Assembly (NCBI GenBank): GCA_963850905.1
Contig: CAWKMU010000004.1
Coordinates: forward strand, 608,001-672,000
DNA: 64,000 nt
From: an uncultured Gemmatimonadales bacterium
GTDB taxonomy: Bacteria > Gemmatimonadota > Gemmatimonadetes > Gemmatimonadales > Gemmatimonadaceae
Direction: 5' to 3'
Position 1 is the first letter of the stretch. Every line of letters starts with the position of its first letter. This document shows positions 1 to 8,226 of the stretch, one piece after another. The notes beneath the pieces were generated by a model. That model saw only the letters and a list, made by a program, of their open reading frames with translations, was not told the origin of the DNA and did not search any database. The position numbers were made by a program, and so were the translations under genes.

Positions 1-345
1 ACCGAATACCGAAAGCTGCGCGGGCATAACGGGCGACCAGCCAAAGCGGTGGTCGAGCGGCATGATCACGAACACCGCAGGGACCACCAGCCGGGCAATG
101 GATGTGATGCTTTGTTGAACTGCTGTTTTCTCGACAGCCGGGCCCTTGCGCAAACGGCTCTCGAGAAGCGGCTTGTCGTTGCGCGCCAGATAAATCGTGA
201 CGAGGGTCGTCGAGACCATGAGTGTCAGGAAAAATGCCCAACCCTGCCAGTAGTCGAGTGTCCACGCGGGGATGAAGATGACGGCGAAGAACGCGATGGC
301 GCCGGCGAGAGCTGCGTATATGGTGCGGAGGTAAAGGTTTGTCAT
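1..345 (-). CDS. Isoprenylcysteine carboxylmethyltransferase (ICMT/PEMT)-family membrane protein, 5' part; runs off the window edge
   Basis: Not in the ORF track. Manual translation from ATG at 345 gives MTNLYLRTIYAALAGAIAFFAVIFIPAWTLDYWQGWAFFLTL...LLESRLRKGPAVEK...LDHRFGWS, which matches this family's N-terminal motifs. Confidence 0.75.
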   Translation of the reverse strand, partial: MTNLYLRTIYAALAGAIAFFAVIFIPAWTLDYWQGWAFFLTLMVSTTLVTIYLARNDKPLLESRLRKGPAVEKTAVQQSITSIARLVVPAVFVIMPLDHRFGWSPVMPAQLSVFG

Positions 346-471
346 GGTGCGCCGAAAAGTTGGTCTCTGGCCGCGCGACTAGAGACGCGGCGCTCGCAAG
401 TGGTCACCGTCGAGACTTCTGGCGTAGCCGTGGAGTCCGTCCTGTCGACGTGAAGGAACGTGGGTCACGGC

Positions 472-660
472 GGCGGATACTGCGAGCAAAGCGTCGCCGA
501 CGGAACAGGCCAGTGACCACGCCACCCGTCACGTGTCGGCCAGCGCCGACACAATGTACGCGGCAACGCTGACGCCGGTGGCGATGAGTGCGACGGCGAA
601 CAGTCGGCCCCTTGGCGAAAGCGGATGAGGAGCCTCGAGGCCAACCGTGGAGAGGATCAC
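472..660 (-). pseudogene. Degenerate fragment of a 2-TM potassium channel (pore helix plus TM2)
   Basis: VILSTVGLEAPHPLSPRGRLFAVALIATGVSVAAYIVSALAD continues after a frameshift as VTGGVVTGLFRRRRFARSI. This resembles the TVGYGEVHPLS..GRLFT.. channel motif. The filter is degenerate and there is no TM1 or RCK domain. Confidence 0.55.
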
Positions 661-729
661 CGGGGCGTGCCTGTGAGTAATGCCAGGCCCGTGCGGGCCC
701 TCAACGGTGGCGGCTTTGGGGTGGCAGGC

Positions 730-771
730 TGTCAGGCGACCGCCGACAACAAGCAATGGACTGCCCTGACA
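730..771. promoter_or_regulatory. Putative response-regulator operator (19-bp palindrome plus second half-site) upstream of USP
   Basis: TGTCAGG-cgacc-GCCGACA at 730-748 and CCTGACA at 765-771. The same motif recurs at 2550/2572, 7192, 7244, 13117 and 18424. Confidence 0.55.
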
Positions 772-865
772 GCGAAGGCTTTCTTGGTTGACGATCTTCC
801 GTCACGACACCGGCAGGATCGCTTTCCCTCCTCATGACGTCCGTCCGGACGAGGAGAGCACGCAA

Positions 866-1784
866 ATGGCCACCGGATATGACGCCTATCCCAGACCACC
901 GCACGCGACAGCGGCTCCAACGCGCGCGAAGGGCTGGCCGATCGTTGTGGGCACCTGTGGCACCCGGGACTCAAACGGGGCAATCCGTCTCGCGCACCTC
1001 TTGGTGCAACGGAGATGCGAGGGCGGTGTACGTTGTCGGAGTGCTCGACACTGACTGGCAAAGCACGTATGGGACGGGTGAGGGTAGCGAACCCTATGAC
1101 CCCCGGACGGCGGAGGCATTGCTCGCTCGCATCGAGCGTCAGCTCGTCGAGCTCGGGGTACCGGCAGGACACTGGCCGGTCGGCATCGTCGGGGGCGAAC
1201 GCGCTGGCGCGCTGGGGGACATCGCAGGCAACGACCGCACATCGCTCCTTCTGGTTGGCCTGAAGAGTCACATCGCGCTGGCAAGGCTCTGGGGGCGGTC
1301 GACCGCACTCGGTGCAGCGAGCAAGGGCAGGCGCACCGTCCTCGCCGTCGATCCGCTGGCCAGAGCGTTGCCGACGTGCGCGGTGGTGGGCACCACCTTC
1401 GGCCCGGCCAGTGAGAACGCTGCTCGAGCCGCACTCGACTGCCTTGGGTCGTCAGGATCGCTGCACTTGGTGCATGTCCGACCCTTCATGTCCCAAATTG
1501 GAGTGGGGGCGCTATCGACCGACGTGGCGTACGCGCAGGAGATTGCCGACCGCTTGGGGAGCATGGTCTCGGCGCTCGGAGCACCACCTGGCGTCCGGGT
1601 GCGATGTCACGATGTGAGCGGCGACCCAGCGAGCCGCCTGCTCGAACTCGCACAGCAAGAGCACGCCGACCTCATCGCCGTTGGCACGCACGACCGTCCC
1701 GCCTTTGGTGCGTTCCTCGTCGGCACTGTTGCCTCACGTGTGCTTGGGGTCCATCGAACGTCCGTCCTGGTCGCCTCCGCGTGA
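866..1784 (+). CDS. Tandem-domain universal stress protein with a +1 frameshift near 1011
   Basis: RBS GAGGAG and ATG at 866 give PIVVGTCGTRDSNGAIRLAHLLVQR. The frame then switches to DARAVYVVGVLD...GDPASRLLELAQQEHADLIAVGTH...GTVASRVL. Span is 919 bp = 3n+1. Confidence 0.8.
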
Positions 1785-1793
1785 TGGCAGCGT

Positions 1794-1865
1794 ACCGTTC
1801 TTGCGTACGTGGCGTTGACCCAGGCGATCGAACTCCTGCTCATCCGCCGACACTGGATTGCGTAG
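1794..1865 (+). pseudogene. Orphan C-terminal tail resembling an MgtA-type P-type ATPase
   Basis: Translates TVLAYVALTQAIELLLIRRHWIA*, similar to MgtA C-termini (..LLxYVxLTQxVKxWLIRRxWI). No upstream gene body is present. Confidence 0.4.
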
Positions 1866-1870
1866 GAACG

Positions 1871-2323
1871 CTATGATCCCGACGTCGCTTCTCGCCCGGT
1901 GACCTCGTCCAGATGCATGCGAAGCACGAGGAGCCGAAACGGTGCAGGATCGTTCGCCGTGCCCGTGCCGGGTACGAGCTCGCGGAGGAGTTCAACACCA
2001 TGGGCGAAGGAATGTTGATCGATCGGCGGCGAATCCGAGTCGAGGAAATATACGGCGCCGTGCACGACCACACTTCGCCAGTCGAACGTGCCCTTGACCT
2101 CATCGACTTCAAAGGCTGCCCAACAATGATGCGGGAGAATCGCGCTCTTTACTCCGCGCGACGTGCGGCAGTAGATCCAGCCATCGGCGAACACATAGTT
2201 GATCGGCTCAATGTCGACGCGGGCCCCACCGGCGTACGCGATACGCCCCACGTGGTGACGAGCGAGAAGGGCCTCGCATTCGGCACGGGACAAATCTCTG
2301 ATGATCGGTTGAGAGGTCGTCAC
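1871..2323 (-). CDS. Pyridoxamine 5'-phosphate oxidase-like flavin-binding protein
   Basis: LSRAECEALLARHHVGRIAY, AFEVDEV..FDWRSVVVHG and EVTGREA motifs. Likely GTG start at 2323; the ORF track extends to 2428. Confidence 0.85.
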   Translation of the reverse strand: MTTSQPIIRDLSRAECEALLARHHVGRIAYAGGARVDIEPINYVFADGWIYCRTSRGVKSAILPHHCWAAFEVDEVKGTFDWRSVVVHGAVYFLDSDSPPIDQHSFAHGVELLRELVPGTGTANDPAPFRLLVLRMHLDEVTGREATSGS

Positions 2324-2549
2324 AACACCCTGAATGAAGGAGAAAGAATCTAGGATCAGCGGCTTCATAACTATTTTATACCCCCCGGTGCATTCCTTTA
2401 CGTCGATCCACGGTGAGGAATCGTTCACCGCAATGTGATGGTACGCCCTCCCGCATCGACAAAACAGTCGGGGAGGGCCCGTCGCGGCGTCCGGCTTTGC
2501 CTCTCATCAATGCGAGGCGCTCTCGCGAACACGCCTTGAGCGATCGCCG

Positions 2550-2590
2550 CGTCGGGGCGTGCCTGAGTGCATGTCAGGCAACACCTGATC
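2550..2590. promoter_or_regulatory. Tandem operator sites between the divergent PNPOx and USP genes
   Basis: CGTCGGG-gcgtg-CCTGAGT (2550-2568) and TGTCAGG-caaca-CCTGATC (2572-2590), 22 bp apart. Confidence 0.55.
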
Positions 2591-2707
2591 CCTCGATCGA
2601 GGTTCGGCATGCACACTGCACTCAGTACGCGCCGACCTCACGAGGTGGCGACAACGCTGAGACAGCAGGCGGGATTGCCAGCACGGGCCGCGAGAGGAAA
2701 CAACTCG

Positions 2708-3475
2708 TTGAGCAGCGAAGCGCAATCAGAGAGTTCACCAGTTGCGGATCGGCCTGAGGCGCCGGTCGCCCCCGGTTATCATGCAGTGATCGGGGCGATG
2801 GACGGCGACGCGCACGGTCCCGGTGCCCTTCGAGTTGCCCAGGCGCTTGTTTCGCGATTCCGCTCAGAAGCTGTAACTTTGCCGTCGACTGCTGTTCCAT
2901 CGGCTGTGGGGCGAAAGGCCGACGGCTGCGGACATGCGATTGTCGTGCTACCAGCCCCTGATGCGGGGTCCCCTGAGCGACCGACCTACACCGATCGCGC
3001 CTGTCGAGTCGCTGTCTCAACGCGACACCCCGTGCTACTCGTCCCGGACGCCACCGGATGGCCCCCACGCCAATGCGTCGCGGCAATGGACTTTGGCCGA
3101 TCGAGCATCGCAGCCGCGCTGGCCGCATTGGAGTTGCTCGAGGCGCCTGCTGAACTCGCGCTCGTGTTTGTGCATCAAGGGGATGAGGAGGCTCGCCAGG
3201 CGGACTTAGTGCCGCGACACGTGCGCCTGCTGTGCGAAGCCCTAATGCGCACGCTTCTGGCTCCGACGGGGATTACCGTAACGTCGGTGATCTTGAAAGG
3301 CGCCGTGCTCCCCGTGCTGTTGCCCTTTGCTCGACGTTACGGGGCCGACCTCCTATCGCTCGGCCGGCACGGACGATCCTCATCTGCGGGGATCGCCGCG
3401 ACGCCCGTCGGGCCCACGGTGCGTGGATTGCTCCAGGGTGCACCGTGCACCGCGCTGATTTCGAGCGCACCCTGA
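2708..3475 (+). CDS. Universal stress protein (degenerate tandem USP)
   Basis: HPVLLVP, VAAMDFGRSS, ADLLSLGRHG and VGPTVRGLL motifs. The TTG start at 2708 follows GAGAGG; the ORF track starts at 2567. Confidence 0.75.
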   Translation: MSSEAQSESSPVADRPEAPVAPGYHAVIGAMDGDAHGPGALRVAQALVSRFRSEAVTLPSTAVPSAVGRKADGCGHAIVVLPAPDAGSPERPTYTDRACRVAVSTRHPVLLVPDATGWPPRQCVAAMDFGRSSIAAALAALELLEAPAELALVFVHQGDEEARQADLVPRHVRLLCEALMRTLLAPTGITVTSVILKGAVLPVLLPFARRYGADLLSLGRHGRSSSAGIAATPVGPTVRGLLQGAPCTALISSAP

Positions 3476-3705
3476 GGACTGCAGGCTTGACCCACTAGGG
3501 TCTCCATCGCGGTCGCCTTGCGGACTATCGCGGCGGAAGCCTAGAATCCATCAGTGGATGCAGGATCTGGTCGTTGTTTCCTCCGAACGAAGACCCTCGT
3601 TGGCCTCGCGACTGTCAACGGCCGGCAAGGGTGCGGGGCGGGCACCCGACGCACAGCTCGCTGGGGCCGTAGTCACGAGTACCGGCTCGCGATCTTGGTG
3701 CACCC

Positions 3706-6270
3706 ATGGAACCAATGACAACTGACCCGGCCCGCCGATTCAGCGACGAAGGTTCCCGGGAGGCGGCGGAATTGAGCGAGGTGGCGGCGCGCGCCGCGTT
3801 CACGCAGCTGCCGCATCCAATGTACTTGCTATCTCGGGACGGCGTGATTCTCGCGGCGAATCCGGCTGGGCTGCGGTTCGTGGCGAAGGCAGACACGCCA
3901 GTCGTCGGTCAGCGGTTGTGGGACGTCGTGGCGTTGATCGGTCCGCAGGAAGACACGCAATGGTTCCGGCGGGCGATCGACGAGGCGAACGCTGGATCTC
4001 GTACTCCCCTTAGATATGACTTGGATGAGACGGCGCGCGAGCGGACGTCCACGTGGTCGATTCGGCGATTTGAGGGGCCAGAGAGCGGTGGGGTCGCGCT
4101 CATAGCGGAGGCGCGCGACGTCACCGAAGAGCGCCGCGTCGAGATCCAGGGCCGGCTGTTCTCGGATCTCGCACTGGCTCTCGGGCAGACCGACTCTCTC
4201 GAGCTTGCGTTGACCGCAGCACTCCAGACGATGTGCACCGCTGGGGAATGGGCGCTCGGCGAAGCGTGGATGCCGTCGACGCTTGCTGGGGGCGAACAGC
4301 GGTTGACGCGCGCGGCGGTTTGGGCCGTACCCGATCGGCGGCTACAGGGCTTCGTTGCCCAGGGCTCGGGCTTTCGATTCCAAAGAGGAGAAGGGCTGCC
4401 GGGAACGGCCTGGCTGCGACGTGAACCTGTGTGGGCGAACCCGTTGGGCGCCACGCAGGAATTCACGCGTGGTTCTCTGGCTGGCCAAGCAGGGTTGCGC
4501 GCGGCAGTCGCAATCCCGGTGATGGCTCGCGGAGAGGTGGTGGCAGTATTGAGTTGCTATATGGCCGATCTCCGCAATCGCCATACACATCTTGTGCAGG
4601 CCGCCACCGGCGTCGCTGCGCAACTCGGTCCGTTGTTGCTGCAAAAGAAGGCGGAGGAAGCGCATCGCAATGCGGAGGCGCAACTCGCAGGTACGATCGC
4701 TATCGCAACCGACGCGATCATCTCCATCGACGAGACACAGCGAATTACCCTGTTCAACTGGGGGGCCGAGCGCATCTTCGGGTATGCGGCGGACGAAACG
4801 ATCGGGGAGCCGCTCGACATGCTGCTGCCGGAACATCTGCGACGGCACCACGCCACCGACATCGCAGAGTTTGCCAGGTCCGCGCAGACAGCGCGACGCA
4901 TGGGTGAACGGTCAACGATCCTGGGGCGGCGCAAGAACGGCGAGATCTTCCCGGCCGAAGCCTCGATCTCACGCTACATGAGCGGAGGGCAGTGGACCTT
5001 CACCGTGATGTTGCGAGACATCACCGACCGGCGACGCACCGAGGAGGGACTTCGGTTTCTCGCAGAGGTCGGAAGCCTGCTTGGCGATTTGATACAGGAT
5101 CAGACCGTGCTGCAGCGGGTTGCCGAGCGAGCGGTGCCGACGCTGGGTGATGCCTGTGTCATCGATCTGGTTGAGAACGACCTGCCGATCACCGCGGCGG
5201 TCGCCGCACGCGACATTGATATGACCCGCGCGATCCAACGTTTCCGCGATGAGAGGCCGCTGAAGTGGGATGACCGGTCGCCGACAATGGACGCCTTGCG
5301 GACCCGACAGACGCTGCTCCTACCCGAGGGTATTGGAAGCTGGACTGGGCTGGCCGAGCGCCCGGATTATCAACGAGATCTATCGCCGCTTGACGCTGGA
5401 TCGATCCTCGTTGTGCCTCTCGTGGCCCACGACCGGGTAATGGGCGCGCTCAGCCTTGCAATGCAAGCCGGGGGACGCCGCCATGACGATAACTACCGCG
5501 TGCTGGCGGAGGAGGCGGCGGGCCGTATTGCGCTTGCCGTCGACAATGCAATGCTCTATCAGCGGACGCGGCAGGCCGTGGGGGCGCGCGACGAGACGCT
5601 CGCGGTCGTGTCACACGATCTGCGGAATCCGTTGAGCGCGATCAGGATGTACATGAGTGCGCTCCGGGAGGATCCTCCGCCGAGTCCTGAGAGCGTGCGG
5701 GAGCTCGTGGAGCTCGTGCAGGAATCGACGTTGCTCATGTCGCGCATCATCGAAGATCTGCTCGACGTCGCGAGCATCGACAGCGGCCGATTGTCGCTCG
5801 ACCGAAAGGTGCAGCCGCTTCAGCCCTTGCTGGAGCAAATCGAAGACATGTTTCGTGGGGCTGCCGACGAACGGGGGATCGCGCTCGTGCTCGAGCGCAG
5901 TGCGCTCGAACGACTCCCCACGCTGGATGTGGATCGAGACCGCATCGTGCAGGTGCTCGGCAATCTGGTCAACAACGCGCTCAAGTTTACAGAAGCCGGT
6001 GGGATCGTAACCATTAGCGTCGCAACGCGTGGTGAGATGGTCACGGTGGCAGTAACTGACACCGGCGTCGGGATTGCTCCCGACGATCTCGCGCATGTCT
6101 TCGACCGGTTCTGGCACGGTCGCCGCCGAACCAAGATCCGCTCTACCGGGCTGGGTTTGGCGATCGCACGCGGCATCGTGCAGGCACACGGTGGTCGCAT
6201 CTCAGTCGAAAGCACGGTGGGTCGTGGCAGTACGTTTGCCGTCGAGCTGCCGGCCGCCCCAGAGCGCTAG
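3706..6270 (+). CDS. PAS-GAF-PAS-GAF sensor histidine kinase (HisKA/HATPase)
   Basis: H-box SHDLRNPL, N-box NLVNNALKF, G1 DTGVGI and G2 GLGLAI. The second PAS (ITLFNWGAERIFGY...LRRHHATDI...GRRKNGEIFP) resembles FixL-type PAS. No TM segments seen. Confidence 0.92.
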   Translation: MEPMTTDPARRFSDEGSREAAELSEVAARAAFTQLPHPMYLLSRDGVILAANPAGLRFVAKADTPVVGQRLWDVVALIGPQEDTQWFRRAIDEANAGSRTPLRYDLDETARERTSTWSIRRFEGPESGGVALIAEARDVTEERRVEIQGRLFSDLALALGQTDSLELALTAALQTMCTAGEWALGEAWMPSTLAGGEQRLTRAAVWAVPDRRLQGFVAQGSGFRFQRGEGLPGTAWLRREPVWANPLGATQEFTRGSLAGQAGLRAAVAIPVMARGEVVAVLSCYMADLRNRHTHLVQAATGVAAQLGPLLLQKKAEEAHRNAEAQLAGTIAIATDAIISIDETQRITLFNWGAERIFGYAADETIGEPLDMLLPEHLRRHHATDIAEFARSAQTARRMGERSTILGRRKNGEIFPAEASISRYMSGGQWTFTVMLRDITDRRRTEEGLRFLAEVGSLLGDLIQDQTVLQRVAERAVPTLGDACVIDLVENDLPITAAVAARDIDMTRAIQRFRDERPLKWDDRSPTMDALRTRQTLLLPEGIGSWTGLAERPDYQRDLSPLDAGSILVVPLVAHDRVMGALSLAMQAGGRRHDDNYRVLAEEAAGRIALAVDNAMLYQRTRQAVGARDETLAVVSHDLRNPLSAIRMYMSALREDPPPSPESVRELVELVQESTLLMSRIIEDLLDVASIDSGRLSLDRKVQPLQPLLEQIEDMFRGAADERGIALVLERSALERLPTLDVDRDRIVQVLGNLVNNALKFTEAGGIVTISVATRGEMVTVAVTDTGVGIAPDDLAHVFDRFWHGRRRTKIRSTGLGLAIARGIVQAHGGRISVESTVGRGSTFAVELPAAPER

Positions 6271-6281
6271 GACAACAGCCG

Positions 6282-6353
6282 GGGTTCTTTGGGTACTACC
6301 CCGCGCGCAAGGCGGCGCACTTCGATCCCATCGAGGCGTTGAGGTTTGAGTAA
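6282..6353 (+). pseudogene. Orphan C-terminal tail of a MacB/FtsX-family ABC permease
   Basis: Translates GFFGYYPARKAAHFDPIEALRFE*, the characteristic MacB-family C-terminus. It starts about 12 bp after the kinase stop and has no gene body. Confidence 0.7.
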
Positions 6354-6363
6354 GAGGCGGCTA

Positions 6364-6418
6364 GAGACAAACCTCGAGGCCAGCTGGACGCACCGCGGCT
6401 GGCTTCGAGGTTTGTCTC
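6364..6418. terminator. 21-bp inverted repeat between convergent genes
   Basis: GAGACAAACCTCGAGGCCAGC / GCTGGCTTCGAGGTTTGTCTC with one G-U pair and a 13-nt loop. Confidence 0.65.
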
Positions 6419-6445
6419 CAGCGTCCAGCGTCTAGCGTCTAGCCC
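6418..6445. repeat. 7-bp tandem repeat (CYAGCGT) x4
   Basis: ccagcgt ccagcgt ctagcgt ctagccc. Confidence 0.7.
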
Positions 6446-6446
6446 T

Positions 6447-7109
6447 TCACACCTCTGTCAGCAGATTCAACCGCACCGCCAGCTTGACGTAATCGGCCCG
6501 ATGATTGAGCCCAAGCTTCTCGTTGATGCGCTGCTTGTAAGTGTCGACCGTCTTCGGGCTGATGGCGAGCTTGGTCCCGATCTCCGGTGCGGTGAATCCC
6601 TGCGCAGTCAATCGGAGCACATCCTGTTCGCGAGCGCTCAAGCCCTCGAACCGCTCGCGATCGGCCTTGGCGGGGTCGCGCCGCGTCAGTCCATGCACGA
6701 GAACGCGCGACGCGGAGTGCTGCACGTAGACGTCGCCGTGCGCGACGGCTCGGATGGCGTCGACGAGCTCGCGGTCGGCGACGCTCTTCAGGAGGTAGCC
6801 TGCAGCGCCGGCCTGCAGAAGTGGCAGGAGGTGCTCTTCCTCCGTGTGCATCGTGAGGATCAACACCCGCGGCCGCGGTCCCTTGGCGACAATGACTTTC
6901 GTCGCCTGAAGCCCGTCGCCGTCAGGCATGTCCAAGTCCATCACCACCACATCCGGGTCGCAGCGCTCGGCCATCATCACCGCCTGCGTGCCCGTTGCCG
7001 CCTCGCCGACAATGACCATGTCTTTGGCTCCGCCGACCACAGCCTTGAGGCCGCTTCGGACGACGCTGTGATCGTCAGCCAGCATCACTCGAATCACCGC
7101 ATCGTGCAT
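6447..7109 (-). CDS. NarL/FixJ-family response regulator (REC plus LuxR HTH)
   Basis: IRVMLADDH, DVVVMDLDMP and LSAREQDVLRL...ISPKTVDTYK motifs. The ATG at 7109 follows RBS GGAGA. Confidence 0.93.
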   Translation of the reverse strand: MHDAVIRVMLADDHSVVRSGLKAVVGGAKDMVIVGEAATGTQAVMMAERCDPDVVVMDLDMPDGDGLQATKVIVAKGPRPRVLILTMHTEEEHLLPLLQAGAAGYLLKSVADRELVDAIRAVAHGDVYVQHSASRVLVHGLTRRDPAKADRERFEGLSAREQDVLRLTAQGFTAPEIGTKLAISPKTVDTYKQRINEKLGLNHRADYVKLAVRLNLLTEV

Positions 7110-7191
7110 CGTGTCTCCATCGTTGGTTTCACGCTCCCAGAATCTTGTCCTTGGAGGAGGCGGCCTCGTATCGGGGATCACGCTCGGCTTG

Positions 7192-7284
7192 TGTAGGGTA
7201 AGTCCTGACAAGCGACGTGCAAGTGCAGCCAGTGGTTCTGTGACGTCAGGTAGCTCCTTACAAGTAATGACTCCGGGCCTGACG
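7192..7284. promoter_or_regulatory. Operator sites between the divergent response regulator and USP genes
   Basis: TGTAGGG-taagt-CCTGACA (7192-7210), CGTCAGG-tagct-CCTTACA (7244-7262) and half-site CCTGACG (7278-7284). Confidence 0.6.
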
Positions 7285-7361
7285 GCGGTGCGCCTCCCGA
7301 ATTCGCATTTTCAGCTGCCCTGCGATGCAGGCCAATCGAAGTCCCCAAGTCGAGGCGCGCA

Positions 7362-8219
7362 ATGAGCGGAATCCTTCTCGCAAGCGACGGTGGACCAGGC
7401 GCGGACGGTGCGACGCGGGTCGCGGCAGACCTGGCCAAACGGCTGGGCGCTCCGCTCACAGTCCTCGCCGTCTACGAGCCAATGCCAGTAGCAGACTTTG
7501 GCTACGGCGTGGCCTACATCCCAACGACCGACGAAGACAACGCCATCCGAAAAGAGTTGCGCGAGTGTCTCGCGGCGCAACTCGAGCGATGTCGAGTCGA
7601 CGGCTGCGTTCCCGACGTTCGTACCGGCCCCGCGGTCGTGATGATTCCTGCGACTGCCCGCGCGCTCCAGGCCGACTTGATCGTGACGGGACTGGGAGCA
7701 CATGACTTCCTGGATCGCGCTTTCGGTGGTGAGACGGCGCTCCGGCTGGCGCAGACGGCTACGACGCCCATCCTCGCGATCCCCGCGACGGCCACCGCCG
7801 CACCACATCGTGTAATTGTGGCCACGGACGTGAGCGCGACCAGCCGGCGGGCGGCTGCAGTTGTGTCTCAATGGTTGCGCTCGGGTGACGAGCTCCAGCT
7901 CGTGTACGTCGCCGACGAAGGGATCGAGCCCGAGCCGAGACCGACTGCCAAGATTAACTCGGCCATCGCGGAGAAGCTCGCCCAGATGGCGAGCGAGCTA
8001 CATCCCGCGGGCGCCGCAACCGTCAAGACCGTGGGGCTCTCTGGCAACCCCGCTCGCTCATTGCTCTCCTTTGCAAAGGAGATCGACGCTGATCTCATCG
8101 CATTGGGAAGCCATGGTTACGGGCCTATCAAGCGCCTGCTGCTCGGGAGCGTGGCCTCAAAGGTGATCAGATTGGCGACGACTGGCGTGCTGGTCGTGCC
8201 CGCCGGAGCGGTGCAGTAG
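7362..8219 (+). CDS. Tandem-domain universal stress protein
   Basis: ILLASDG, ADLIVTGLG, VIVATDVS and ADLIALGSHGYGPIKRLLLGSVASKV motifs. Confidence 0.93.
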   Translation: MSGILLASDGGPGADGATRVAADLAKRLGAPLTVLAVYEPMPVADFGYGVAYIPTTDEDNAIRKELRECLAAQLERCRVDGCVPDVRTGPAVVMIPATARALQADLIVTGLGAHDFLDRAFGGETALRLAQTATTPILAIPATATAAPHRVIVATDVSATSRRAAAVVSQWLRSGDELQLVYVADEGIEPEPRPTAKINSAIAEKLAQMASELHPAGAATVKTVGLSGNPARSLLSFAKEIDADLIALGSHGYGPIKRLLLGSVASKVIRLATTGVLVVPAGAVQ

Positions 8220-8226
8220 CAGGGCG

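Noticed and set aside
49..453. 134-aa plus-strand ORF
   Set aside because: It is the shadow of the minus-strand ICMT-family gene at 1-345.
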